A DNA stretch of 63,916 bases, filler included, from Octopus bimaculoides (GCF_001194135.2; 9 parts of 8 records of this genome joined end to end with filler, not necessarily neighbours in it); one strand, 5' to 3'; shown: positions 26,291 through 39,763, numbered from the whole stretch's first letter. The notes: generated by a model from the sequence alone, not told the origin. Program-made: numbers and translations.

Positions 26291-27085
26291 ATGTATATAT
26301 ATATATATATATATATATTTAGATACATGCCTGTATATATCTAGATGAATATATATATGTATATACATGTACATCTACATATATATACATACACATAAAT
26401 TCATACATACATATATATACATAAATAAATACATACACACATATAAATAGATATATATACATATATACATTTATTTATATAGATGTATATATCTCGCATA
26501 TATATGTGAGATATATATATATATATATATATATGTTTATATGCTTATAGAATGTGTGTACATTCACATACATACACACGTATGTATGTATATCTATTAA
26601 ATATTAAATGTTAATTATATACATTCACATATATACATACCAGAAAAAAATGGCCATCTTGAAAAATCCTCAAATATCCACCGGCACTATATAGAGGGGG
26701 TACACAGCACCCATTCACACCAGCCACATAAGCAACCAACAATAGCAATCCAAGACGGTACATATTCAGTGTTTAGATCTGGAAAACAAATGAGCTGTTA
26801 ATCTTGTTTATATTATATATATATATATATAGTCGCATATGTATATATGCATATATAGAGAGGGAAAGAGAGAGGAGAAGAGATAGATGTGGGCGGTTGA
26901 TTTGTGTGTGTGTGTATATATGTGTATGTACGTGTGTGTATGCATATGTATATATACACAGAGAGAGAAAGATGATAGGAAGGAGCGTGTGTGTGGGGTG
27001 GGTGGTAGGGAGTGCATGTGTGGTGTGTGGTAGTAGGAAGGTGTGTGTGTACAGGACCATGTGTTTTATATATATATATATCGTC

Positions 27086-27310
27086 ATCATCGTCGTCGTT
27101 GTCGTTTAACGTCCGCTTTCCATGCTAGCATGGGTTGGACGATTTGACTGAGAACTGGTGAAACCGGATGGCTGCACCAGGCTCCAATCTGATTTGGCAG
27201 AGTTTCTACAGCTGGATGCCCTTCCTAACGCCAACCACTCCGAGAGTGTAGTGGGTGCTTTTACGTGTCACCCGCACGAAGGCCAGTCAGGCGGTACTGG
27301 CATCGGCCAC
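27086..27310 (-). mobile_element. RTE 3'UTR-derived element (family C)
   Basis: gtttaacgtccgctttccatgctagcatgggttggac...ggatgcccttcctaacgcc. Confidence 0.85.
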
Positions 27311-27659
27311 GCTCATCTTGCTGTATATATGTGTATATGTGTATATATATATTTATATATTTAATCCTTTATATTGAACACTCAATATTTCATCTATTCA
27401 ATAAGACATATTCCATATATTCAATATGACATTCAATACTTTATTTCATGGTGCCATCCATTTTTATTTTATTTTATATTATATATTGTATATTATATTA
27501 TATATTGTATATTCCATATTCTATACCCCACATTGGTTCTGCAGGAATATAAATAAAACATAAAAAACGGACAGAGTTGGAACTCTTTTAAACAAAATAA
27601 TATATTCCTCTATACACAATCATACAAAAAAAACCCCTTTTTTTGTATTTATTTTTACT

Positions 27660-27699
<40 letters not shown>

Positions 27700-27769
27700 C
27701 ACACATACAAACATACATATATACATACATACATATATATACATGCACACACACACAAACAGATATGTA

Positions 27770-28152
27770 TTCTTTTATTCTTTTACTTGTTTCAGTGATT
27801 TGACTGCGGCCATGCTGGAGCACTGCCTTTAGTTGAAGCAATAAACCTCAGGACTTATTCCTTGTAAGCCTAGTACTTATTCTATTGGTCTCTTTTGCTG
27901 AACTGCTAAGTTTTGGGAACATAAACACACCAACATCAGTTGTCAAGCGATTGTGGGGAGACAAACAGAGACATGCACACACACACATATGACTGGCTTC
28001 TTTCAGTTTCCATCTACCAAATCCACTCACAAGGCTTTGGCCAACCTGAGGCTATAGTAGAAGACACTTGCCCAAGGTGCCATACAGTGGGACTGAACCC
28101 AGAACTATGTGGTTGGAAAGCAAGCTTCTTACTACACAGTCACACCTGTGCC
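27770..28152 (-). mobile_element. SINE family A, near full length
   Basis: Tail, body and head are all present in order. Confidence 0.85.
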
Positions 28153-28211
28153 AATATGTAGATATAGCAATACATATACACATATATATGTAAATGTTTA
28201 TATATATAGAC

Positions 28212-28595
28212 ACAGTTGTGGCTGTGTGGTAAGAAGCTTGCGTCTCAACCACATGGTTCTGGGTTCAGTCCCACTGTGTGGCACCTTGGGCAAGTGTTTT
28301 CTACTATAGCCTCAGGCTAACCAAGGCCTGTAAGTGGATTTTCTAGAAGGAAACTGAAAGAAGCCTGTTGCATATCTATCTGTCTATATATATATATATG
28401 TATATTTGTGTGTCTGTCCCCCCCCCCCCACTATCACTTAACAATCGATGTGGAAGTGTTTATGTCCCCTTAACTTAGCAGTTCGGCAAAAGATAGAATA
28501 AGTACTAGGCTTACAAAGAATAAGTCCTGGGGTCAATTTGTTTGACTAAAGGCAGTGCTCCAGCATGGCTGCAGCCAAATAGCTGAGTCAAGTAA
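28212..28595 (+). mobile_element. SINE family A, near full length (inverted relative to 27770-28152)
   Basis: Head, TA tract, body and tail in order. Confidence 0.85.
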
Positions 28596-28627
28596 AAAAA
28601 AAAAAAATAGAAATAAAAGAAATATAG

Positions 28628-28696
<69 letters not shown>

Positions 28697-28954
28697 CACA
28701 TGTGTATGCATATAAAAGGATATATCTATACTCATCAGACTCTCTATCTATAGATCTTTGTATTTATCTATTTATCAGCGTGTGTGTGTGTGAGAATATG
28801 TGTCTGCATGGTATCTATATACACACACACTCACACACATACACATACATCAGTCCAGCCAACCATTCATCTGTCCCTACATACATATGCATATATTTAC
28901 ATACATACATACATATATATATATATATGTGTGTGTGTATGTATATATATCATC

Positions 28955-30134
28955 ATCATCATCATGTTTGTTTAACGTCCGTTTTCCATGCTGGCATGGG
29001 TTGGATGGTTTGACCGGGGTCTGGGAAGTCAGGTGGCTGCACCAGGCTCCAGTCTGATCTGGCCGTGTTTCTACAGCTGGATGCCCTTCCTAACACCACT
29101 CACTCCGAGAGTGTAGTGGGTGCTTTTTACATGCCACCAGCACGGAGATCACAACTACAATTTCCATTTGATTTTGATGTATTTGACTCAATAAGTCTCC
29201 TCAAGTATGGCATGTCACCCTACGATCCAAGGGACTTTTGAGTGGGCTGGTTATGCGACACTGGTGTAAGTTGCAGCAATTGTGCCAGGTCTTCTCAGTC
29301 ACAGCATACCTCCAGAGGTCTCAGTCTTTTGTCATTGCTTCTGTGAGGGTCAACATTTGAAGGTCATGTTTCACCACCTCATCTCATGTCTTCTTAGGTC
29401 GCCCTCTATCCTGGATTCCTTCCACTGTTTGGGAGCGGCACTTCTTCACACAGCTCTCCTCATCCATCCGTAGTACATGACCATACCAACGCAAACATCT
29501 CTCTTGCATGCTACATCCGATGCTTCTTATGTCCAACATTTCTCTCAGGGCGTTTACACTCTGTTGTGAGTGCACACTGACATTACACATCCAGTGGAGC
29601 ATACTAGCTTCATTTCTTGCAAGCTTGCACATGTCCTCAGTAGTCATGGCTCATGTTTCACTGCCATGAAACATGGCAATTCACACACATGCATCGCACA
29701 ATCTACCTTTCACTCTGAGTGAGAGGCCCTTCGTCACCGGTAGGGGTAGATGCTTTCTGAACTTTGCCCAGGCTATTCTTATTCTAGTGGTAACACTCTC
29801 TGAGCATCCACCCCCACAACAGACTTGGTCACCTAGGTAGCAGAAGCTATCAACTACTTCTAGTTTCTCCCCCTGGAGTGTGATGGAATCTGTTTTCTGA
29901 GCATCTGTGGTGTTTATTGCCCCTGTGCATCTGCCGCACATGAAAGCTATCTTCCCAATTAATCTTCCTTTGATGTTGCTGCATCTCTTATGTGTCCATA
30001 GCTTACACTGGGTACATCTTATGGAGTTTCTATCTACACCTTTTCTACAGATCAAGCAGGGTCACCTACCTGAAGGGGTGTGTGATGTGTTCGCCTTCCT
30101 ACTTACTAGAACTTTGGTCTTTGCAACATTGATT
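28955..30134 (-). mobile_element. RTE-clade LINE, 3' ~1.2 kb with a PHD-like Cys/His insert in the RT
   Basis: KTKVL, then CRKGV..NSIRCTQCKLWTHKRCS...CGRC, then EVVDSFCYLGD; LRWYGHVLRM; GRPKKT; 3'UTR with (GAT)n tail. Confidence 0.9.
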
Positions 30135-31832
30135 NNNNNNNNNNNNNNNNNNNNNNNNNNNNNNNNNNNNNNNNNNNNNNNNNNNNNNNNNNNNNNNNNN
30201 NNNNNNNNNNNNNNNNNNNNNNNNNNNNNNNNNNNNNNNNNNNNNNNNNNNNNNNNNNNNNNNNNNNNNNNNNNNNNNNNNNNNNNNNNNNNNNNNNNNN
30301 NNNNNNNNNNNNNNNNNNNNNNNNNNNNNNNNNNNNNNNNNNNNNNNNNNNNNNNNNNNNNNNNNNNNNNNNNNNNNNNNNNNNNNNNNNNNNNNNNNNN
30401 NNNNNNNNNNNNNNNNNNNNNNNNNNNNNNNNNNNNNNNNNNNNNNNNNNNNNNNNNNNNNNNNNNNNNNNNNNNNNNNNNNNNNNNNNNNNNNNNNNNN
30501 NNNNNNNNNNNNNNNNNNNNNNNNNNNNNNNNNNNNNNNNNNNNNNNNNNNNNNNNNNNNNNNNNNNNNNNNNNNNNNNNNNNNNNNNNNNNNNNNNNNN
30601 NNNNNNNNNNNNNNNNNNNNNNNNNNNNNNNNNNNNNNNNNNNNNNNNNNNNNNNNNNNNNNNNNNNNNNNNNNNNNNNNNNNNNNNNNNNNNNNNNNNN
30701 NNNNNNNNNNNNNNNNNNNNNNNNNNNNNNNNNNNNNNNNNNNNNNNNNNNNNNNNNNNNNNNNNNNNNNNNNNNNNNNNNNNNNNNNNNNNNNNNNNNN
30801 NNNNNNNNNNNNNNNNNNNNNNNNNNNNNNNNNNNNNNNNNNNNNNNNNNNNNNNNNNNNNNNNNNNNNNNNNNNNNNNNNNNNNNNNNNNNNNNNNNNN
30901 NNNNNNNNNNNNNNNNNNNNNNNNNNNNNNNNNNNNNNNNNNNNNNNNNNNNNNNNNNNNNNNNNNNNNNNNNNNNNNNNNNNNNNNNNNNNNNNNNNNA
31001 TATATATATATATATATATCTGTGTGTATGTATATATATATATATATATGTATATGTGTATATATATATATATACAAATATATATTCCTACACACATATA
31101 CATATACATATTCACATATACATACATATATATTCATACACACATATACATATTCACACATACATACATACATATATATATATGATATGATATGATATGA
31201 TATGTGTGTGTGTGTGTAGCTATTCCTGATTGCTGATGGCCGTATGTTAATTTTCACAACGATTGCGTAATACAGACCACAATGGGTGCTTTATCAGAAA
31301 AGATTGACCCTGAGATTCTGGGGTGTGTGAATTGTATTATCAGTGGTTCAAATAGCAGTTGGTGCTGTTCACAGTCAATTATCAGAACCAAGTGTGCCCC
31401 TCCCCTCTGTTTCTGTTCTGTTCTTTGTGCTGCGCCTACAACTATATGTCACCACACACACACCACCACTACAACAACAACAACAACACATCACCACCTC
31501 CACCACTACCACCACTGCCACCACCACCACAATCACAGCAACAACAATGACAAAAGTCATAATGGTGACCATTAGCCAAAGATTGTACCTCTTGTACAGA
31601 GGTTCTCAAACTTTTTGGCNNNNNNNNNNNNNNNNNNNNNNNNNNNNNNNNNNNNNNNNNNNNNNNNNNNNNNNNNNNNNNNNNNNNNNNNNNNNNNNNN
31701 NNNNNNNNNNNNNNNNNNNNNNNNNNNNNNNNNNNNNNNNNNNNNNNNNNNNNNNNNNNNNNNNNNNNNNNNNNNNNNNNNNNNNNNNNNNNNNNNNNNN
31801 NNNNNNNNNNNNNNNNNNNNNNNNNNNNNNNN

Positions 31833-32122
31833 CTATCGGTCTCTTTTGCCGAACCGCTAAGTGACAGGGACATAAACACACCAGCATCGGTTGTCAAGCA
31901 ATGCTAGGGGTCAAACACAGACACACAAACACACACACATATACATACATATATATACATATATATGAAGGGCTTCTTTCAGTTTCCGTCTACCAAATCC
32001 ACTCACAAGGCTTTGGTCGGCCCGAGGCTATAGTTGAAGACACCTGCCCAAGATGCCACGCAGTGGGACTGAACCCGAAACCATGTGGTTGGTAAGCAAG
32101 CTACTTACCACACAGCCACTCC
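31833..32122 (-). mobile_element. SINE family A copy
   Basis: Body and head match the family consensus seen in this window. Confidence 0.85.
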
Positions 32123-32619
32123 TATATTTTATATTTTACTAATTTATATATATTATGAATCATTTGATACTTAATGTAATATTATATAATTTTTTATACA
32201 GTACTATAATAATAATATAGGTTCATAGCTTACCCCAATCCACTGCTTTCTCAAAATGCCTCCTTTTCCTCTACCACACCGCCCCTTAGACACCAACGCC
32301 CGCCTGGACCCTCTCAATGCCCACTGGGTGTAGCGCCCACTTTGAGAACCTATGCCCTAGTTTATAAATCTGCTAGAAATAGCAGCCAAATCTCTCTGAA
32401 AATATACCTGATATATCATATTGTTTAAAGAAATAAATGAAACACTGGATGGTGCATTATGTCAAGATGTAATAATCTGAGTGGCCACATTAGGATTGCC
32501 TTAGATCATAGATCTACATTTATTGTTCAAGTGTTTATAGGGTTAGACATCATTAGCAACAACAACAACAACAACAAAGAGATCCTAGTGGTCAATCGCA
32601 TTTTGTCCAGTATCATTGG

Positions 32620-32785
32620 CACAGGTGTGGTCGTGTCGTAAGAAGCTTGCTTCCCAACCACATGGTTCTGGGTTCAGTTCCTCTGAGTGGCATCTCGAGG
32701 CAAGTGTCTTCTACTATACCCTCAGGATGACCAAAGCCTTGCGAGTGGATTTGGTAGACAGAAACTGAAAGAAGCCTGTCATATA
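32620..32785 (+). mobile_element. SINE family A head
   Basis: gcttgcttcccaaccacatggttctgggttcagttcc. Confidence 0.8.
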
Positions 32786-32881
32786 TATGTATAAGAAGCC
32801 CATTGTCATTTCATAAAGTTCAGCAAAGAAGAAAATGAATTCTCAGATAGGGGATAAAGCCACCAATGATATATATATATT

Positions 32882-33106
32882 GGTATTTTCATATAAGTTT
32901 AAAGCTTATGGTGACCACTGTGCAATGAGGAAAATAGTCTAATAAAGGGGCATATAAGCCCTCGACAGAAAAAAGAAGGCTTTCCTATCCACGTGGGAGT
33001 TGAACCCACATCCCTTTGTCAAGGGCTTCTATGCCCTTTTATTAAACTATTTTCCTTAGTCATTGCACGGTGGTCACCATAAGATTTAAGCTTATATAAA
33101 AATACC
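32882..33106. mobile_element. Fold-back/MITE-like element with ~88 bp terminal inverted repeats
   Basis: ggtattttcatataag...agccctcgaca vs tgtcaagggct...cttatataaaaatacc. Confidence 0.8.
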
Positions 33107-33214
33107 TTTATTATCATTTACAGGATTGTAAACTCGGTGCCGTATAAAAACCATTCACACCAACTGCATATATATATATATATATATATAATGTATGTAT
33201 ATGTATGTATTCTT

Positions 33215-33405
33215 TCATTCTTTTAGTTGTTTCATTCATTTCACTGCAGTCATGCGGAAGCACCACCTTTAGTCAAGAAAATTGACTCCAGGACTTATTC
33301 CTTGTAAGCCTAGTACTTATTCCATCAGTCTCTTTTGCCAAACCGCTAAGTTACAGGGGTGTAAACACCAACATCGGTTGTCAAGCGATGGTGGGGTGAC
33401 AAACA
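33215..33405 (-). mobile_element. SINE family A body/tail
   Basis: ccaggacttattccttgtaagcctagtacttatt...ccgctaagttac. Confidence 0.8.
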
Positions 33406-33796
33406 TATACATATATGTATAGTAAATAAAAAAAAAAAAACGAAGAACAAACACAAGAAAACTACAACGCGAGGACGTGGTACATGTAAAGTATTAGCAG
33501 ACACTCATGGAAGGAAAGAATGGTGGTTTTATGTTTGATAGTCTTTATTTTGTACAACGATTGTTTCAACCCATTCTATGACTGTCCCTTATGGGTGGGA
33601 TGCTGTGCATCATATTATGTTGCATCAATTTTGCAGTCTGGGTCACATCAGGTACATTCATACATAAAGTGGTGTCTTGCCATAAACCCTGAGTTTGGGT
33701 GGTCATGTCGTTATTTGTCCACTAGTACTTTACTCAACACATCAACACACTAATTGGCATATACCAATTAGTCCAAAAAATTACACACAGACACAC

Positions 33797-33879
<83 letters not shown>

Positions 33880-34241
33880 CCATATATATTATATATCCAT
33901 TATGGCTGATCTTACCAATCAGTTTTGCACTACGGGGGTCAATGGAGTGTTAGGTAGCAGTCTGATTATGTAACCCTGCATTCATCAGAGGTTGCCATTA
34001 TGAGATGTTACTTGATACTTTGTTGAAGCCTTAGCATGAAACCGATTGGTAAGATCAACCATAATGGATATATATAATACTGTACACTTCGATAAATATA
34101 TCCACTCTACTGACAGATATATAAGTGCGTTTTTGCTGACTTATAGACTCTTAGACAACTTGCACTTACATACACACACGCACACACACACGCTTTGCTG
34201 GATGGTAAAAATTGTCTGGAGTATATATTATTATTAATAAT

Positions 34242-34445
34242 AAAGAGTATGGAGACTTATACATCCACAAAATTTATTTTGTGGTTACATACAGCATATT
34301 ATATGTTTTATATAACTATAGAATATATTTTGTGGATGTACAAGTCTCCATATTCTTTCTTCTTCTTCTTCTTCTCATTAATAATAATAATAAATATAAT
34401 AACTATAAAATATATTTTGTAGACGTACAAGTCTCCATATTCTTT
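34242..34445. repeat. 32-bp inverted repeat with a duplicated right arm, in TAA/TTA context
   Basis: 34242-34273 vs 34327-34358 (30/32 complementary); right arm repeated at 34414-34445. Confidence 0.8.
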
Positions 34446-34497
34446 ATTATAATTATTATTGATGATGATGATGATGATGATAATCATAAAATGCCCT

Positions 34498-34835
34498 GAT
34501 GCAGTACCAGGCAGTGGCGCTCATGGCTTCCAATCTTAACTGATTGTTAGTGTTATCATGTACATTGTTTTGTCTTGGTATAAAAGATGGGCTACAGCAA
34601 ATATTCTGCTCAATACCACAGATTTGCTTGTCAGTTGTTTGACCTTAACCAGTTGAGCATGTCCCTTGGTGGCTGTCGATATGTCAGCCCGGATGCAGTA
34701 CCAGGCAGTGGCTCTCATGGCTTCCGATCTTAATTGATTGGAAGTGTTATCATGTACATTGTTTTGTCTTGGTATAAAAAGATGGGCTACAGCAAATATT
34801 CTGCTCAATACCACAGATTTGCTTGTCAGTTGTTT
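34498..34835 (+). repeat. 194-bp tandem repeat, near-identical units, cut by gap
   Basis: gatgcagtaccaggcagtggc at 34498 and 34692. Confidence 0.9.
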
Positions 34836-36505
34836 NNNNNNNNNNNNNNNNNNNNNNNNNNNNNNNNNNNNNNNNNNNNTTAATTAATTAANNNNNNNNN
34901 NNNNNNNNNNNNNNNNNNNNNNNNNNNNNNNNNNNAAATTTCTATAAATGTTTTAGTTTCGTTATACTGTTTATTTTTCATGTTTGTGAGTGTATGTTTT
35001 GTTTTGTCATATGATAGAATTATGTGTGGAGTTTGTGCGTATATGGGATTGTCACATAAATAATATACAATAAATTATAACGTCACCTCCTCCATGTTGA
35101 ATGTATATGTACTGTAAGCGGTAAGGCAGAAATCTTTCCATATTCTCAGCTTTGTTCATATTCTCGTCATTATTCTCTGGGCTCCATGTGTCATTAGGTA
35201 GAGTTTCAACCATGTTCAATTCAAAGAATGTTTTCAAACACTAGAACAAAAAATGATTTTAAGTTTAGCTAACAAAAGCTATTAACCTTTGTGATATGAA
35301 ATTCATTAGGAATTAAATGCAAATGTGGTACGTTTCTATTTCAGGAATATATCGCTTGCATTATAGATAGATGCCTTGATATAAATTTAACAGGAGCTAC
35401 ATATCAAAGATGTATTCTTTGTTGTATTTTCAGAAGAACTGAGAGATATGAACTCGTTCTTTGTATCTAAAAGTGGGATTTTATAAATTGTTATAATATC
35501 AATAATTATTTAATTAGAATGGCTTTGATTGTATTTTAAAATTTCTCTTACATTTCATCTCTCACCATTATTATATTTGCTATCTCAATTTACTTGACAG
35601 TTCTTTCAACTGTTATCAGTTTATGTCATTGCTGCATTTTCGTACATCTGATGTCAGCTTTTTACACATCCAGCTATATATATATATATAATTGCTATCA
35701 AATGCTTTATTGCATTAAAATTACCAAACTCTATCTGTTACTGGAGCTAGTTTCTTTCACCTCTTAAATCATGTATTTGTAAACATTATTGCAGTTCGTA
35801 TGAATTCCTGGTTGTAAATTATATTCTCTCAACGTTTCAACACATCATTCCACTGAACGGAAAATTACCCTAAATGATGTGTCTGAAAATTGTTGACGAT
35901 TTCGTCTCTTTCAGCATTAGGTAACTTCGTCCAGCTGTCCTATTAATCCAGACACACTTGAGTAAGTCAGGGCTTGCATCTATATCAGCAACAAGTCATG
36001 GACATTCCCACTTTATCTAATACATAATAGCTCCCTCTGCACTTTGCTGCACAAGTGGATTTAAACCATTCGTGGCCTTGAAAAATGAGCAGACCATTTT
36101 AACTAGGTCTCAGTATTCCTCTCTAATTTCTTTGCAGCAAGTCTACTTGCATTTTTCTGAACTACTCCACCAGTTTCTGGCATTTAGAGAACATTATCAG
36201 CAATATGAAACCCTATTATAAGCACCTCAGTTCTACCAAGATGCAATACATACGGCAGAAACTGAGGTCCCTAAAGAAATCCTATGAAGAGATCACTGGC
36301 CATTAGGTGAGATAAACATCAGATATGCTTTGCTCCACGTAGAAACTGTAGGAGCTAATTAGATGTTTAGCCAGCTCTTCTAAATGTTTTGCAATGCTGG
36401 AAACCCTTCCGTATCATCAGTAGGTGTCTCAAGATCACAAGCATTTTGCCCCATAGCTTGTACATTTCACTTGAGTGGGGTACCAAGGTATGGGAAAGTC
36501 TTCAC

Positions 36506-38760
36506 CTACAGAATGGTTCCACTCTTATCAAACAGCCATCTGGAACTAGTTTCAGCTGCCGTGCGTATTTCCTTGATGACTTTAGTCAACTGTCTGGTTT
36601 CCAGACCTATCTCTTGCACGAAATAGTGCACCAGTCCAGATGGAAATCCGAAGCAACCGACTTCGATGAGGAATGAAGCTGCATGACAGTCTTTGAGAAG
36701 GGCCACGTCAATCAAAATTTAATACTTTGATTTCTTTACCTGGTGGGAAATCTAGTCTGTCCTCCTATGGCACAGTGAGTTAGACCGCGATGACTATTTT
36801 TGAATTCCTAACGGAGCAGGAATATGTCTGGTTGGAGTGTTGTTACAATTATCTCCACCGATAAGACAAATCTTCCCCACAGGTCCACTTGCATCTCCTA
36901 GTCTGAGGCTGAGCACAACTCAGAAAATGGGTCCCCTTCCATTGCTTTCGCCTTAAGCGCTCTGTCACCTAACTTTAGGAATTTGATACCCTTTGCTGGT
37001 GGATGCTGGTGCTTAATAACTTCACTATTTGCATATTAGTTCACGTGGGGATTTCTGCAAAAACCTTTTCATGCCTCCACTTGTGTAGGCCTTCTCCCAG
37101 TGCACTAGGGCATCCAGTCATGATGTTCTTCACGGTGTAAGTAGTTGCTCTGCACAGCTAGTAGGGTGGGACTTTTTCTTTACCCCAAACTTTGAGGTTG
37201 TTTGGCGAAAGAGGTCATTAACAGCACGAACGAGGAAGGACAATCTTCCCTGGTGTGTACCCAGGTTCTGGTCCCACCGATCCATTGGCCCTTGAGGGAA
37301 AGTCCTAGTGCCTTCACTCGGTCATCCTTCTCAGCTGAATCACGGAGCCTTTTGCACAATGAGCGTTCTATTGGTTCTTTTCCATCTCTTAGTCTGTAAT
37401 TGCCAAGTCCTAGCCGTCCTTGACAGATAGCTCCAACAATCTCCTGGGGTTCCAGTATGTCACTGTTTCTTTCACAGCTTCCTGAGGTTTCCATTAACAA
37501 GATCATGAAGTGTACTAGAAAACCGGTACATTTTATGATAGTTTTAGTGTGTCTGACCTTGTTATCCTCCAAACGAAGCAATGTGGTGATTGCTCTTGCC
37601 TTTGTGTCTTTGAATTCCTCCACCACTGAAAAGATTGGTAGGCGGAGCTTAGAGGTCTTCCACATTCCACTGCCTCTACTCGAGTCGCAGTCTGGGAATG
37701 ATGCCATATAGAAGCACCATTATTTGAACCCAAGCAGCTTTTATCAATTGCCCTGAACCTCTTGCGTGGCTGGAGTTTGGCTCTTCAGCATTGTCAATAT
37801 CATTAAGAGTGTGATCGTAGCTTTTCTTAAGGCAGTGAACTCCTTCTTCTTGGATTGTTGGAGTCTCAGACGCCTGAATGTTGAAGGTGTCAATTGTCAG
37901 CTTTCTTTCAGGGATTTCAGGTTCCGAGATTTAGCTGGATTATAAAAGCGTGATCATGTGGCCATCTTTTCCAGTAAGCTTAATGTCCGCCGCATCCCTT
38001 AGATTGATGGTATCATAAGTAACGTAATGTATGAACGCCTTGCAAACTAAATTTCCTGTGTTTCCGTCAGTTTCGGTACTTCTCAACTGCTTCCCCACCA
38101 CATATAGCATTAAGTTCATGGCCGCTACAAACAGCGCCACGGAAATTGTGTATCCTGCCACAATGCCGTTTTCCAGTCTCTATCTCTTAGTGAGGTAATT
38201 TCCCACGGTGAACTTCATCTTCATTGAAACCATGTAGGACATTAAGAGTCTGACCACATCTGTTGGTACTTCGTAGTACACCAATGTACATTGGAGTAGT
38301 TGGTGAGTTACATTTGAGTACGCTTTGGCAAGAACCAACCATTTAACGGACTGAGTTATTGTTCCTCTTTACTTCCTTAACGACACGACTGATCGGTGAT
38401 GTGTGCTCGAGGCATACACAATAGCCTGGGACTCCCCGTTTTGGGGGGCACTGGTGTCAATGTACTCGTTGGCCAAGATACTATCTTTTTCGAAATGATG
38501 ACCGAAATGATCTTCCTCTGAACGTCTAAAAGAGAGATCCCTCGAAACGCTTCAAGTCCTGTAAAGTTCCTCCTTTGGAACAAGACAGCCCTCCGCGAGT
38601 GTCCAGAGCCAGGGTTCCTGCTTCTTCCAAATCAAACACAAAAGTCTTGCTAGCCTCCTCAACAGTAGTGAGCAATTTTGTAAATACTGACATTTCGATT
38701 TATTTATCTGGTGGAGTGTGTCCTCCGAGGGCATTGTAAATCCGATAAACCCTAACCATT
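36506..38760 (-). mobile_element. HERO-like (RLE clade) non-LTR retrotransposon, decayed
   Basis: FRGISLLDVQRKI; GVPG..CLEH; LAKAYSNVTHQL; TISVALFVAAMN; LRLPIFSVVEEFK; GRLGLG; NIMTGCPSAL..KWRHEKV; PDI..LTVP; IEVGCFGF. Confidence 0.8.
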
Positions 38761-39067
38761 AGGAAAATTAGCAGATATCTTGAAGTTGAAACTCATAAAA
38801 CTTTGAAGGGTGAAAGGCACAGAAACAAAGATCCTTAGAACCAATAATTTCCATTTCCATGACTTGCTTTTCTATGGAAAAAGACAACTGGAAACCTTGA
38901 ATATCCAACATACGCAATAAGCACTTATCTATGAAAAACTCTGAGCGGTACTGCCAAAACGAAATCCTGTTAAGCTCTGCATGCCTAACATATGTTTCTA
39001 GCATGAGGGAAACTAAAATGACACCCAGGAAGTTATTCAATCAGCAAGATAATTTTTCTTTGCTCAC

Positions 39068-39141
39068 TCGCTCAATACGGTCTCCATAAACCTTGTCGTT
39101 GGCTTCTCTAGTAACTGTGGAAGATTCTGAAAGCGATCATA
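39068..39141 (-). CDS. Candidate internal exon 2: YDRFQNLPQLLEKPTTRFMETVLS
   Basis: Branch-like gCTAAC, acceptor catttcaatctccAG, donor GA|GTGAGC, 74 nt, only frame 0 open. Confidence 0.62.
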
Positions 39142-39642
39142 CTGGAGATTGAAATGTTGTTAGCCAATAGATGGATAGTGAGTATATGTGGGTACCCAAA
39201 GAAAACTAAGAAACTCTAAAAAGCTCAAACAGTTTACAAATCCTCTCACCAATCAGTGTAAAAGCAAGAGTATTATTTTCACCACCTTGTCGTGACAGTA
39301 GAGAAAGTTCATCCTAAACAATGATTACATTGATACAGTAGCACAGAAACGTGGGATCTCTGGAATACTTTGTAGCTTATACTATACAGTTATCGCAACT
39401 GTATAACTCAGAGTTTAATAGACAAAAAGATGGTATCGTAGACATGGCGGTCAGTAGTGAGATACTGGAAAATCGATGTACTCCGGAATATTCTTACAAT
39501 TTCAGGATGAGAATTACTAGTAAATCTATTATAGTACCGATCGAATGAATCTTTTTTTAATGTTTAGTTGTTATTTCTTCTTATTTTCTCGATTGAATAT
39601 AAGAAAATTCTATGTTCTAATACTGCCTGGTATTATTGTTGT

Positions 39643-39694
<52 letters not shown>

Positions 39695-39732
39695 CGTGTG
39701 TGCGTGTGTGCGTGCGCGTGCGTATGTGCGTA

Positions 39733-39763
<31 letters not shown>

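Noticed and set aside
31282-31575. ORF MGALSEKIDPEILGCVNC...
   Set aside because: No recognisable motif or convincing splice sites; the second half is a triplet repeat
34491-34560. Possible HDV-like ribozyme at the start of the 194-bp unit
   Set aside because: I could not assign P1.1, P4 or J4/2 by hand
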